A stretch of DNA of 64,000 nucleotides from Callorhinchus milii (lineage: Eukaryota), in the NCBI RefSeq assembly GCF_018977255.1, contig NW_024704742.1:806001-870000 (forward strand), read 5' to 3'. The notes below the pieces were generated by a model. That model ran no database searches. It was not told where the DNA came from and saw only the letters and a program-made list of their open reading frames with translations. A program made the position numbers and the translations under genes. How positions within the stretch are numbered: position 1 is the first letter of the stretch; each line of letters starts with the position of its first letter. Shown piece after piece: positions 27,666 through 40,549 of this stretch.

Positions 27666-27735
27666 CGGTGTGGCGCAACTGGTAGCCCACGGGCCACATC
27701 CGGCCCGCTGGATGATTTTACCCGGCCCGAGACCA
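27666..27735 (+). mobile_element. hAT (Charlie-like) DNA transposon terminal/subterminal remnant
   Basis: gcccacgggccacatccggcccgctggatgattttacccggccc resembles the typical hAT end motif CGGCCCGCGGGCCACATCCGGCCCGC. Confidence 0.6.
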
Positions 27736-28699
27736 TTTACAACGTTCCTACTTCTGCTCCCTCTCTCCCCTGGGGATCGGAAGTTCTCCCTGCGGCGGCG
27801 GCAGGAGCTGGCGGCCGGGAGGACGTGGCGTGGAGAGTGAAAACAATACCGGCCGTTGCCGCAATCTGCCAGGAAGCCAAGTGCGTCTCCTTATCCACCA
27901 TGTCCTCAGCGACCGCTGGCTCCTACCGCTGCAGGTAGTGACTTGCGTGGCTGATTAGGAGTGAGAGCGATTGGGGGATGGGTGGGGGGCAGGGGGAGAG
28001 AGAGGGAGTGTGGGGGGGCAGAGAGGAGAATTGAGGGCAGTGTTTTGTGGTTCACAATCGGCACTGCCCTTGCCCTGCATGGAGGCGGCGGTGGTGGGGT
28101 GGGGGGGTGGGTAGCGAGGACAGACACCGAGTGACGTGCTGCACAGTTTCCTCGCAGAAGTGAAAACTTCTCTACATCCTTCATTCCACTCCCCCTCCCC
28201 TCCCTCCTCTGCAACCTCTTGACCTGTCCATTCCCTGAGCAGGGCAAACACCGGCTTGCTTCATGTCCCACCCCCCCCATTCCATCCCATCCCATCTGCC
28301 ACACCATCGCCATTTTGCCCCCGCTCTCTGGAGTTCCATTTTTGGAGTCCCTCCGGCTCGCGCCCCCTTCCCTCCTCTCTTTCGAGGCACATCAAGACCT
28401 CACCCTTTGACCGCGCTTCCGGTCATCTTTTCCCCTCCCCCACCTTCCACCATCCCACCCCACTGTTCTGGACTCCCACCCCCCGGCTCAGTCGGCCAGC
28501 CGACAGCGTGCAGCCCTTTGAGATGTCCTTCCAGCACGAGAAAGGTGCGGTGCAAACGTTGCTACGCTTCTGGAAGGGAAACACTAAATGTGGCTTGTGC
28601 AGCCCCATTTGTGTTTCGGTTTTTTTTGCGAATAAAAGATTTCATTCGTAATGAAACGAACCTTTGCATTTTTTTACACACGCACCACACACACCACAC

Positions 28700-28860
28700 A
28701 CACACACACACAGTTGCCAAGGTCAGCTCATTCCAAATACTGGGGCTTTATGGCAGGAAGTGGATACGAGGGGGAGGGCAGCAGTGAAACTGATTTATTT
28801 ATTACGTTTCAGCAATGAATTTTAGCAAGCTTATTGTATTGGGCAAGGAACCAAGGAATT
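28700..28860. promoter_or_regulatory. Candidate enhancer (NR5A/ERR, HOX, ETS, PBX-HOX motif cluster)
   Basis: CCAAGGTCA 28717-28725, TTTATGG 28747-28753, CAGGAAGT 28754-28761, TGATTTAT 28791-28798. Confidence 0.4.
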
Positions 28861-29964
28861 CTTTTTTTCCTTCTATCGCAGTACAGTTCGACAGGCACCC
28901 AATGGTGAACGCCCCTAGTGGCCATTGCTCACGTCTAACCGTCTTGGGCGATTGTCCAGTCAGTGAGTCCAGCTCAGCCCTGCCACATCGACCGACCCGG
29001 TCTTGTCCTCAACCAATGTCCGCATCAGAAGGACCTTTCCAGTAAAGGGGAGGGGGGGTGTCACTCAATAAGTGATCAAAAGCAGGTATTGGTCCAAAGA
29101 ATACTTTGTTATAAGATGAGTAAATAATCTCTCCCTCTTTCCACCACAAAAAAACAGCTTTCATAATAATAATAATAATAATCATTGCATTGATATAACG
29201 CCTTATCACATCGTTGAGACGTCTCAAAGCGCTTCACAGGATATACTGTAAAGTGAATTCATTGACTGTACATTTTGTGGATGAGACGCGGTGACCAATC
29301 CTGCACAGCAACATCCTCAACAAACAGTCGTAGGTCACCGAATTATTATTATTATTATTATTTATGTAAGTTTGATTATTTATTTAAGTTTATTTAACTT
29401 GGAAGTTGTCGTTTTGGACACTGGCGGGCTACATCGGGGGATTGTAGGGTAGTGTTCACACAACCTGCTGTTGGCTGCGGTAATGTTGCCACTGATGGAC
29501 ATCCTCAGCAGCGACAGGCTGACCACTGCTCACTGCCAACCCTTCAACTAGAAGCAAAGTCAGCTGGATATCGCTCCAGGCTCTATCTGCATTCAGCGCG
29601 GCTGCAGAAGATGTGAAATGATCGACCGGGGGCATCGAAAAGCAACCCCAGTGAAAGGAACCCACTGAAGTGTGCGAGCCTTGGCAACTCATTTTAAAGC
29701 ATCCAAAGAGCTGCGTCCATTTAGAGATCCACTTACAACAAGAACAACAACAAGTGACATTTGCGTAGCGCCTTTCGCGTTGGGAGAACGTCCCGAGGCT
29801 CTGAGGTGTCAGAGACCATTTTTTCCCCCTTAAAAAAGCAACAACAGGTCATATTTGTGTCACTGAGCAGAAAAAACTCAGGGTAGGAATGATTTCTAAA
29901 GTAGAGACTGTTCTTCATGTTTGTGCAGTGGAATCTTGCTCTCCCCCCACCGCCCCACCCCCCC

Positions 29965-29995
<31 letters not shown>

Positions 29996-31371
29996 AGCCC
30001 TTCCTGAAAACTCAGGTCACAGTAAAAGTGACTTTTCATACTCCGAATCAAAATGATAGATAGGTTCTGCTTCCGCAGTGATAAAAAATAATCCTTACAG
30101 TTGATAGAGCGCTTTATCACGTCGTCGAGACATCTCAAAACAGAATATACTGTAAAGTAAATTAACTGTATATTTTGTGGGCAAAACGGGTAGACTGAAA
30201 TATATCTCCCGTCTGGGCTGGGGCAAACAAACCTTTTGCTGTGGTTCAATAAAAGTGTTCCCGTATTCCCACATTGAATGGTTTAATAATAATAATAATA
30301 TAATAATAACCCTTGCATTTGATATAATAATAATAATCCTTGCATTTGATATAGCGCTTTTCACGTCTTCTCGACATCTCAAAGCGCTTCACAGAATAGA
30401 CTGTAAAGTGAATTGACTGTATATTTGTGGGCGAAACGCGGCGGCCGATTGATGAGGGGTAAATTGACATCCTGTATTTTTTTAACGTCCCGAAATTAAC
30501 GGGGGTGGGGGGGGGGGGGGGGGACATCAATGAGGACATGTTGTCGAACAGCTTATGTACAATACTTGTGTGATATGGGTTTGTATGTAGTTACCACGGC
30601 ACAGTGTGGGCTTCGGGCAGCCCCGGTGTCAGGCAGGCAGCAGACTGGGGTGACTGCACTGCCTTTGCACACTCTCTGACTGACACCATTTAATTACCGT
30701 ATGAAAAGGTGGACGGCGTTCATCAATGTCAGAATGGTGAAGCCCCCCCACCCCCACCCCCACCCCCCCCAACACACACACACACACACCATTAGTACCA
30801 GCCAAGCTGGGATCCATCCTGTCCTGGGAACTCAGCCAAGCGAAACCTCCCTTTATCTCCGCCCAGTCACTGCAACCCCTGAAACCGGCACCTCATTGAG
30901 AGCCAGCGGTGCGACCAGGGCTCTCTCTCTCTCTCTTTGTGAAAGGCAACAGCGGCGAACTCCAGGTGGACAGTGTGTACACATCCTGCCCCCCCCCCCC
31001 ACACACACACACACAGGCTGCCCATTGGTATGAGAAAGCCATCAGATCAGAGACCTCCGCGCATTAAAGTGCCACCGACCCTCCCTGCTTCCTGTCCTTC
31101 TGAAAAGCACAGACTGACACTGAGAACAAAAGCTCATGGTCTGGCTGACCCGCATGTGTTTACATGTCTCAGCCCCCCCCGCACCCCACCCCACCCCCAC
31201 CGCACCCCCTTCATCACGCATGCATGTACGCGCATGTGTATATGCATGATTGGTTTGCATATATGTATGTATGTTCGCCCACAAATATACAGTCAATTCA
31301 CTTTACAGTGTGTTCTGTGAAGCGCTTTGGGACGTCCTCCCGACGTGAAAAGCGCTATATCAAATGCAAGG

Positions 31372-31409
<38 letters not shown>

Positions 31410-31690
31410 GTGTGTGTATGCATCTATGGTATGTTTATATGTATGTGTGTGTGTATGCATGTATGGTATGTATATATGTATGTGTGTGTATGCATGTGTG
31501 CGTGTGGGCAAAACCCATAGATTGTGAAATGTATGGCTGTGTATCTATGTTTGCATGTATGTGTATATATCTGTGTGTGCGAGGAAGGAGACAGCTCACA
31601 CAGTCCTCACACAGTTACCGCTAATCATGTATGTGTGCATGTATGTGGACGTGTGTATGTGTACATATGGGTGTGTGCGTGTGCGCCTGT
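31410..31690. repeat. (TG/TATG)n low-complexity tract (duplicated at ~37408-37690)
   Basis: Direct reading. Confidence 0.9.
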
Positions 31691-33034
31691 GTGAGGGAGG
31701 AGATAGCTCACACAGTCCTATTACCATTAATCAGTGCAAAGAAAACACTAAGTGGAAGCATGTTAAGAGTTATTAACCACTGAAATGTAATAAGGTGTGT
31801 GTGGGGGTGGGGCTGGTGGGGGTAGACTTCAGTGTCTTTCTCCCACTGAGCGCACATCTAACTTTACATACTGAATAAATAAATTGACAGCTTTTACCCT
31901 CTTCCCCCACCCCCCCACCCCACCACCACCACCCCACCCCCATCTCTTGACGATACCGACGATTAATTTGGCTTAAAAGGAGACATTGGGGAGCTGTGAA
32001 AAAAATGCCACGCAACCATGCATTTCGTTCTGAACCTCGTGACATTTACAGCAGAAGTAAAATGCGTTCAGGTTTCACTGAGTGGGGGGTGGGGGGGATG
32101 TTATTCACAGCGGCAGAAATGAGTTACTTTCATCCGTTAGTCCTTTCAACGGAGAGAAGACAATCGGATCTTCATTCCGTTGCTTCGTACGAACGTGGAG
32201 GCGACAGCGCAATTTTATTCCACGGATGGATAATAAATAATAATCCTTGCATTTTTGATATGGCGCCTTATCAAGTCGTCTCAAAGCGCTTCACAAAATA
32301 TTCTGCTTCGCTTGCAACCAAAGGGTCCAATATGGAATGTAGATTGACCTTTCGTCTTTATAACTCTGGGAGGACTCATGTGGAAGGACTCCTCTAACAC
32401 CACAAAAGATAGACCTATGACACTGCCAGTTGCAAGACCTTTCCGATGAGGTATAAATCATGTCTTCACGTCAATTGGTTATTGTGCAAGTGTCGGACAC
32501 ACAGACAGATAGACACTTCATCTTTATTAGTATAAGATGAAGTATATTATATGATGATTCTATGCCTGGTATAATTTAGGAAACTTTTAGATTGTTCTGT
32601 GTAGTATTTTGATGTCTGTACTCTGAACACCCCCCAACACCCACACAAACTTCCCCTCCAAAAACCCAGAGTCCATGGGGGAGGAGGAGGAAGGAGTGGG
32701 GAGAGGGGGGGGAGGGAGGAAGAAAGTGTGGAAGGGGGAAGAAGTACAGTTCGAAGATCACAAAGGATCCTTCCCCCCCAAAAAAAACAATCACGAATCG
32801 ATGAGGTTTACGATACGAACCAATGAAGTTTTTTTTATTTAAAAAAAAGGTTTCTTAGAAAAATGATTGCCAACACTGGACAATCTTGAAATAAAATCCT
32901 GGGTATGAAAAATATATTGAAAATGCATACACACAGGTTGACCAGCGGGGGTTAAAGAAGGAAAAAAACAGGTAAAGGTTTGGGGGTGCCCTTTCTCAGG
33001 GCTTTTTTATTAATTAAAACAAATCCTGCTTCAA

Positions 33035-33067
33035 ACACACACACACACACATTCACAGACAGACACA

Positions 33068-33108
<41 letters not shown>

Positions 33109-33340
33109 ACACACACAGACAGAGAACACACATTCACACACAGACACACACACACATACACACACATACAGACACACACACATTCACACACATAGTCAGA
33201 GACACACACATACACACACATACAGACAGACACACACATTCACACACATACAGACAGACACACACATTCACACACATACAGACAGAGACACTCACACACA
33301 TACATACAGAGACACACTCACACGTACAGACACACACACG
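33035..33340. repeat. Compound (CA)n microsatellite (duplicated at 39023-39320)
   Basis: Direct reading. Confidence 0.95.
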
Positions 33341-33758
33341 AACCATTGGGAATTGTATGATAAGTTAAAAGATAATGATAGATGTGACGTGGGCCCTCGA
33401 AGAAGCAGGAAGGATAAAGTGAACGGGACAGCTGGCAACCTGATCTTAGCTGAGGTGGAATTAATTCCAATGTAGTTTCTTCTTGTCGTTTGTTGTGACC
33501 AAAGTGTGTTTGCGGGGAGAGTGGTGGGGCGGGGGGGGGGGGGGGCAGTGGGGGGAATTACTGTATCTCCACCCGACCCGACAGTTTGAGGGGAGCAGAC
33601 ACACCCTCAGATGCTGCTGTCCGGCGTCTCTGCGCTTTATCATTCTTCATTGGAAAACACGACCCCCAATTTGGTGACTTCTTTCGCCTCCCGGGAGGTG
33701 CAGACGATGGGCTTAAACCACCAGATAAAATAAACCCCTTCCCTCATTTCTTTTCTTG

Positions 33759-33798
<40 letters not shown>

Positions 33799-34219
33799 GA
33801 AGAAAACCCGTCTCTCTCTCTTTCTCTCTCTTCAGCCGTTCCGGTGTGAAGGAGAGAAACTGAAGGACAGTCGGACTCCCAGATGAAAGGGGGGAACCAG
33901 AGGGTTTTAATGAATGAGCCATTTCCTGCACAAATGGAACCAGTCACAAGGCCACAGAGAATCCCCAACAAAGGCAGAGTCTGTGCTGCACAATAATAAT
34001 AATAATAATAATACAGAGATACTGTACTCCATCCTCGGGCAGAGGGTTCCGGCTGCAAAATGTCACCGGTTGCGATCGCGAAGCAACGAAAACACACATT
34101 AATTACACTTCACACCATCCAGTGCCACCCCCCCCCCCACCCCCCACACACACCCAATCCCCCCCACCCCACACCCAATCCCCCCCCCCCCAGCAGCAGA
34201 GGGAAGGCTTTCACGTGGG

Positions 34220-35095
34220 CCCCCCCACCACCATACTCCCCCCCACCCCCCCACCATACTGCCACCCCCACCCCCCACCATACTACCCCCCAACCCCCCA
34301 CCATACTCCCCCCCACCATACTCCCCCCCCACCCCCACCACATACTGCCCCCACCCCCCCCACCATACTCCCCCCACCCCCCCCACCACCATACTACCCC
34401 CCCCACCCCACCATCCTCCCCCCCACCACCATACTCCCCCCCCAACCCCCCACCATACTCCCCCCCACCACCATACTCCCCCCCAACCCCCCCACCATAC
34501 TGCCCCCACCCCACCATACTCCCCCAACCCCCCACCACCATCTTCCCCCCCACCATACTCCCCCCACCATACTCCCCCCACCATACTCCCCCCCACCCCC
34601 ACATACTATCCCCCGCCCCCACCCATACTACCCCCCCCCACCATACTCCCCCCCAACCCCCCCACCATACTCCCCCCAACCCCCCCCATACTCCCCCCCA
34701 CCATACTCCCCCCCCCAATCCCCAGCATACTCCCCCCCCACCATACTCCCCCCCACCCCCCCACCATACTCCCCCACATCCCCCCCACCCCCCACCATAC
34801 TCCCCCCCCACCATACTCCCCCAACCCCACATACTATCCCCCCCCCCCCACCAATACTACCCCCCACCCCCACCTTACTCCCCCCAACCCCCCCCAGCAT
34901 ACTCCCCCCCCCCATACTCCCCCCCCCACCATACTCCCCTCCCCACCATACTCCCCCCCCACCATACTCACCCCCCACCATACTCACCCCCCCCCCCACC
35001 ATACTCACCCCCCCACCATACTCACCCCCCACCCCCCACCATACTCACCCCCCCCCACCATACTCCCCCCAACCCCCCACCATACTCACCTCCTT
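34220..35095. repeat. C-rich minisatellite, core CCATACTCCCCCC
   Basis: Dozens of degenerate ccatactcccccc units. Confidence 0.95.
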
Positions 35096-35560
35096 CCCCC
35101 CCAACACAACCCCCAACATCCCCCCTCAACACACACACCCCAACACACACACCCCACCAACACACACCCCAACACACCCCTCAACACACACCCCAACACA
35201 CCCCTCAACACACACCCCCAACACACACCCAACACACACCCCAACACACACACCCAACACACCCCCTCAACACACACACACCCAACACACCCCCTCAACA
35301 CACACACCCAACACACACACCCAACACACACCCCAACACACACACCCCCACCAACACATACCCCCAACACACCCTCAACACACACCCCAACACACACACA
35401 ACACAGCCCCTCAACACCCCCCCCAACACACACCCCCAACACACCCCTCAACACACCCCCCAACACCCCCCACAATACCCCCCAAACACCCCCCCAACAC
35501 CCCCCCCAACACCCCCCCCAACACCCCCCCACAATACCCCCCCCCACAACACCCCCCCTC
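35096..35560. repeat. (AACACACACCCC)-type minisatellite
   Basis: Degenerate caacacacacccc / cccctcaacacac units. Confidence 0.9.
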
Positions 35561-35904
35561 AAAAAAAACCCCGAGAGAGGTTGAAGGAAAACATTCATAC
35601 AAACAAATAAAGACTGTCGATGACCATGAAAGCGACTGCAGCCACAGTACACCTTAAAGCCACTGTCATGTGAATGTCAACAGCTGTTTTCTACCCCAAA
35701 AACAGTTTTGATTATTTTGGTGGGGAGGGGGGGGAGGGGGGAGGGGAGGGGAGGGAGGGAGGGGAGGGGGGTGAGGGGGAGGGAGGGGGAGGGGGAGGGG
35801 GTATTATTCCCCTCTCCCCCCCTCTCTGCTCTCTGGCCTCTCTCCCACTTAACTCACCAAACCCCACACCCCGCAATGTGCGTTAAAAGTCCAAGTACGA
35901 AAGG

Positions 35905-36450
35905 GGAATGAGGGAGGGAATGAGTGAGGGAGGGAGGGAATGAGTGAGTGAGGGAAGGAGGGAATGAGTGAGTGAGGGAAGGAGGGAATGAGTGAGGGAG
36001 TGAGGGAGGGAGGGAGGGAGGAATGAGTGAAGGAGGGAGGGAGGGAGGGAATGAGTGAGTGAGTGAGGGAGGGAATGAGTGAGGGAGGGAGGGAATGAGT
36101 GAGGGAGGGAGGGAGGGAATGAGTGAGGGAGGGAGGGAGGGAATGAGTGAGTGAGGGAGGGAGGGAGGGAATGAGTGAGGGAGGGAGGGAATGAGTGAGT
36201 GAGTGAGGGAGGGAATGAGTGGGTGAGGGAGGGAGGGAGGGAATGAGTGAGGGAGGGAGGGAGGAAATGAGGGAGGGAATGAGGGAGGGAGGGAGGGAGG
36301 GAATGAGTGAGTGAGGGAGGGAAGGAGGGAGGGAGTGAGGGAGTGAATAAGTGAGGGAGTGAGGGAGGGAATGAGGGAGGGAGGGAATGAGTGAGTGAGG
36401 GAGGGAATGAGTGAGTGAGGGAGGGAGGGAATGAGGGAGGGAGGGAGTGA
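35905..36450. repeat. Purine-rich minisatellite (GAGGGAGGGAATGAGT)n
   Basis: Direct reading. Confidence 0.95.
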
Positions 36451-36527
36451 TGGCTCAGAGGCTTTGAGTAGACCCGACTTTTTGGGGTTGATGCTTTTTT
36501 TGTTTGTTGCTCAGATTACACTAGAGA

Positions 36528-36805
36528 GGGAGTGGGGGTGTGGGGGTGTGGGAGGAAGGTGGGGGTGGGGGTGAAGTGTGGGGTGAAGGTGGGGGTGAAG
36601 GTGGGGGGTGGGGGTGAAGGTGTGGTGTGGGGGGGTGAAGGTGTGGTGTGGGGGTGAAGGTGGGGGTGGGGGTGAAGGTGGGGGGTGGGGTGAAGGTGGG
36701 GGTGGGGGTGAAGGTGGGGGGTGAAGGTGGGGGGGTGAAGGTGGGGGTGGGGTGAAGGTGGGGTGTGGGGGTGAAGGTGTGGTGTGGGGGGGTGAGGGTG
36801 GGGGA
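36528..36805. repeat. G-rich minisatellite (GGGGGTGAAGGT)n, G-quadruplex-prone
   Basis: Direct reading; many closely spaced G4-G6 runs. Confidence 0.93.
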
Positions 36806-36923
36806 GAGATTCGACTTCCTGAACCTTGGATTTTGTTGGGGTTTCTCCAGTCCATTTGAATGCTCCCAAAACAGCGTCCCGCGGGCTGTGAGCACACACT
36901 GGGAATGCTGATGCCAAGGAACA

Positions 36924-36948
36924 NNNNNNNNNNNNNNNNNNNNNNNNN
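36924..36948. other. Assembly gap (25 N)
   Basis: Run of 25 n. Confidence 1.
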
Positions 36949-39055
36949 TCTTTGTGAAAGGCAACAGCGGCGAACTCCAGGTGGACAGTGTGTACACATC
37001 CTGCCCCCCCCCCCACACACACACACAGGCTGCCCATTGGTATGAGAAAGCCATCAGATCAGAGACCTCCGCGCATTAAAGTGCCACCGACCCTCCCTGC
37101 TTCCTGTCCTTCTGAAAAGCACAGACTGACACTGAGAACAAAAGCTCATGGTCTGGCTGACCCGCATGTGTTTACATGTCTCAGCCCCCCCGCACCCCAC
37201 CCCACCCCCACCGCACCCCCTTCATCACGCATGCATGTACGCGCATGTGTGTATGCATGATTGGTTTGCATATATGTATGTATGTTCGCCCACAAATATA
37301 CAGTCAATTCACTTTACAGTGTGCTCTGTGAAGCGCTTTGGGACGTCCTCCCGACGTGAAAAGCGCTATATCAAATGAGAGGATTATTATTATTATTATT
37401 ATTATTATGTGTGTATGCATGTATGGTATGTTTATATGTATGTGTGTGTGTATGCATGTATGGTATGTATATATGTATGTGTGTGTATGCATGTGTGCGT
37501 GTGGGCAAAACCCATAGATTGTGAAATGTATGGCTGTGTATCTATGTTTGCATGTATGTGTATATATCTGTGTGTGCGAGGAAGGAGACAGCTCACACAG
37601 TCCTCACACAGTTACCGCTAATCATGTATGTGTGCATGTATGTGGACGTGTGTATGTGTACATATGGGTGTGTGCGTGTGCGCCTGTGTGAGGGAGGAGA
37701 TAGCTCACACAGTCCTATTACCATTAATCAGTGCAAAGAAAACACTAAGTGGAAGCATGTTAAGAGTTATTAACCACTGAAATGTAATAAGGTGTGTGTG
37801 GGGGTGGGGCTGGTGGGGGTAGACTTCAGTGTCTTTCTCCCACTGAGCGCACATCTAACTTTACATACTGAATAAATAAATTGACAGCTTTTACCCTCTT
37901 CCCCCACCCCCCACCCCACCACCACCACCCCACCCCATCTCTTGACGATACCGACGATTAATTTGGCTTAAAAGGAGACATTGGGGAGCTGTGAAAAAAA
38001 TGCCACGCAACCATGCATTTCGTTCTGAACCTCGTGACATTTACAGCAGAAGTAAAATGCGTTCAGGTTTCACTGAGTGGGGGGTGGGGGGATGTTATTC
38101 ACAGCGGCAGAAATGAGTTACTTTCATCCGTTAGTCCTTTCAACGGAGAGAAGACAATCGGATCTTCATTCCGTTGCTTCGTACGAACGTGGAGGCGACA
38201 GCGCAATTTTATTCCACGGATGGATAATAAATAATAATCCTTGCATTTTTGATATGGCGCCTTATCAAGTCGTCTCAAAGCGCTTCACAAAATATTCTGC
38301 TTCGCTTGCAACCAAAGGGTCCAATATGGAATGTAGATTGACCTTTCGTCTTTATAACTCTGGGAGGACTCATGTGGAAGGACTCCTCTAACACCACAAA
38401 AGATAGACCTATGACACTGCCAGTTGCAAGACCTTTCCGATGAGGTATAAATCATGTCTTCACGTCAATTGGTTATTGTGCAAGTGTCGGACACACAGAC
38501 AGATAGACACTTCATCTTTATTAGTATAAGATGAAGTATATTATATGATGATTCTATGCCTGGTATAATTTAGGAAACTTTTAGATTGTTCTGTGTAGTA
38601 TTTTGATGTCTGTACTCTGAACACCCCCAACACCCACACAAACTTCCCCTCCAAAAACCAGAGTCCATGGGGGAGGAGGAGGAAGGAGTGGGGAGGGGGG
38701 GGAGGGAGGAAGAAAGTGTGGAAGGGGGAAGAAGTACAGTTCGAAGATCACAAAGGATCCTTCCCCCCAAAAAAAACAATCACGAATCGATGAGGTTTAC
38801 GATACGAACCAATGAAGTTTTTTTTATTTAAAAAAAAGGTTTCTTAGAAAAATGATTGCCAACACTGGACAATCTTGAAATAAAATCCTGGGTATGAAAA
38901 ATATATTGAAAATGCATACACACAGGTTGACCAGCGGGGTTAAAGAAGGAAAAAAACAGGTAAAGGTTTGGGGGTGCCCTTTCTCAGGGCTTTTTTATTA
39001 ATTAAAACAAATCCTGCTTCAAACACACACACACACACATTCACAGACAGACACA

Positions 39056-39096
<41 letters not shown>

Positions 39097-39735
39097 ACAC
39101 ACACAGACAGAGAACACACATTCACACACAGACACACACACACATACACACACATACAGACACACACACATTCACACACATAGTCAGAGACACACACATA
39201 CACACACATACAGACAGAGACACACTCACACACATACAGACAGACACTCACACACATACATACAGAGACACTCACACACATACATACAGAGACACACTCA
39301 CACGTACAGACACACACACGAACCATTGGGAATTGTATGATAAGTTAAAAGATAATGATAGATGTGACGTGGGCCCTCGAAGAAGCAGGAAGGATAAAGT
39401 GAACGGGACAGCTGGCAACCTGATCTTAGCTGAGGTGGAATTAATTCCAATGTAGTTTCTTCTTGTCGTTTGTTGTGACCAAAGTGTGTTTGCGGGGAGA
39501 GTGGTGGGGGGGGGGGGGGGGGCAGTGGGGGGAATTACTGTATCTCCACCCGACCCGACAGTTTGAGGGGAGCAGACACACCCTCAGATGCTGCTGTCCG
39601 GCGTCTCTGCGCTTTATCATTCTTCATTGGAAAACACGACCCCCAATTTGGTGACTTCTTTCGCCTCCCGGGAGGTGCAGACGATGGGCTTAAACCACCA
39701 GATAAAATAAACCCCTTCCCTCATTTCTTTTCTTG

Positions 39736-39769
<34 letters not shown>

Positions 39770-40187
39770 GAAGAAAACCCATCTCTCTCTCTTTCTCTCT
39801 CTTCAGCCGTTCCGGTGTGAAGGAGACAAACTGAAGGACAGTCGGACTCCCAGATGAAAGGGGGGAACCAGAGGGTTTTAATGAATGAGCCATTTCCTGC
39901 ACAAATGAAACCAGTCACAAGGCCACAGAGAAGCCCCAACAAAGGCAGAGTCTGTGCTGCACAATAATAATAATAATAATAATACAGAGATACTGTACTC
40001 CATCCTCGGGCAGAGGGTTCCGGCTGCAAAATGTCACCGGTTGCGATCGCGAAGCAACGAAAACACACATTAATTACACTTCACACCATCCAGTGCCACC
40101 CCCCCCCCACCCCCACACACACCCAATCCCCCCACCCCACACCCAATCCCCCCCCCCCCAGCAGCAGAGGGAAGGCTTTCGCGTGGG
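36949..40187 (+). repeat. Copy 2 of ~3.2-kb duplication, starting exactly at the gap edge
   Basis: Differs from copy 1 mainly by homopolymer/microsatellite lengths and a handful of substitutions. Confidence 0.97.
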
Positions 40188-40330
40188 GAAGTCACTTCTG
40201 CATTCGGAAGGCTCTCCAAGTGGTTCCGGGCAGTTTAAATTTACGGCCATGTCATGGTCATATAGCCTGCGATTCAGATCCTCTGGCGTGGCAATGCCCT
40301 GGGGGGCTGAATAGAAATAAGAACTGAAAA
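40188..40330. promoter_or_regulatory. Candidate SPRY1 promoter/enhancer block
   Basis: Unique, CpG-retaining sequence with ETS cores CGGAAG and TTCCGG, TAAATTTACGGCC (posterior HOX-like) and a TATA-like CATATAG. Confidence 0.35.
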
Positions 40331-40549
40331 AGAGTCAGGAGGAATTTGAAAAGTACAATCGTGTTAGCAAAATAAGATAATGGTTCCGAAAGCACAGAAA
40401 AACAGCGTGCGCCAAGTCAAAACCGATGTATCAGTTGCTGATGCTTTACAAGACACCCAGCACTGCGCTCAACAGTACCTTGTGAATGTAAAAAAAAAAA
40501 GTGGTTTTCCCCAATTATCCTTCTCGTAAAATAAAAAAAATTCCTATTA

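Larger units (their letters stand above)
30934..34219 (+). repeat. Copy 1 of ~3.2-kb near-identical direct duplication
   Basis: Colinear with 36949-40187, from tctttgtgaaaggcaacagcgg to gggaaggctttcRcgtggg. Confidence 0.97.

Noticed and set aside
34060..35657. 516-aa and 511-aa Pro/His/Thr-rich extensin-like ORFs
   Set aside because: They are translations of stop-poor C-rich minisatellites, open in several frames on both strands.
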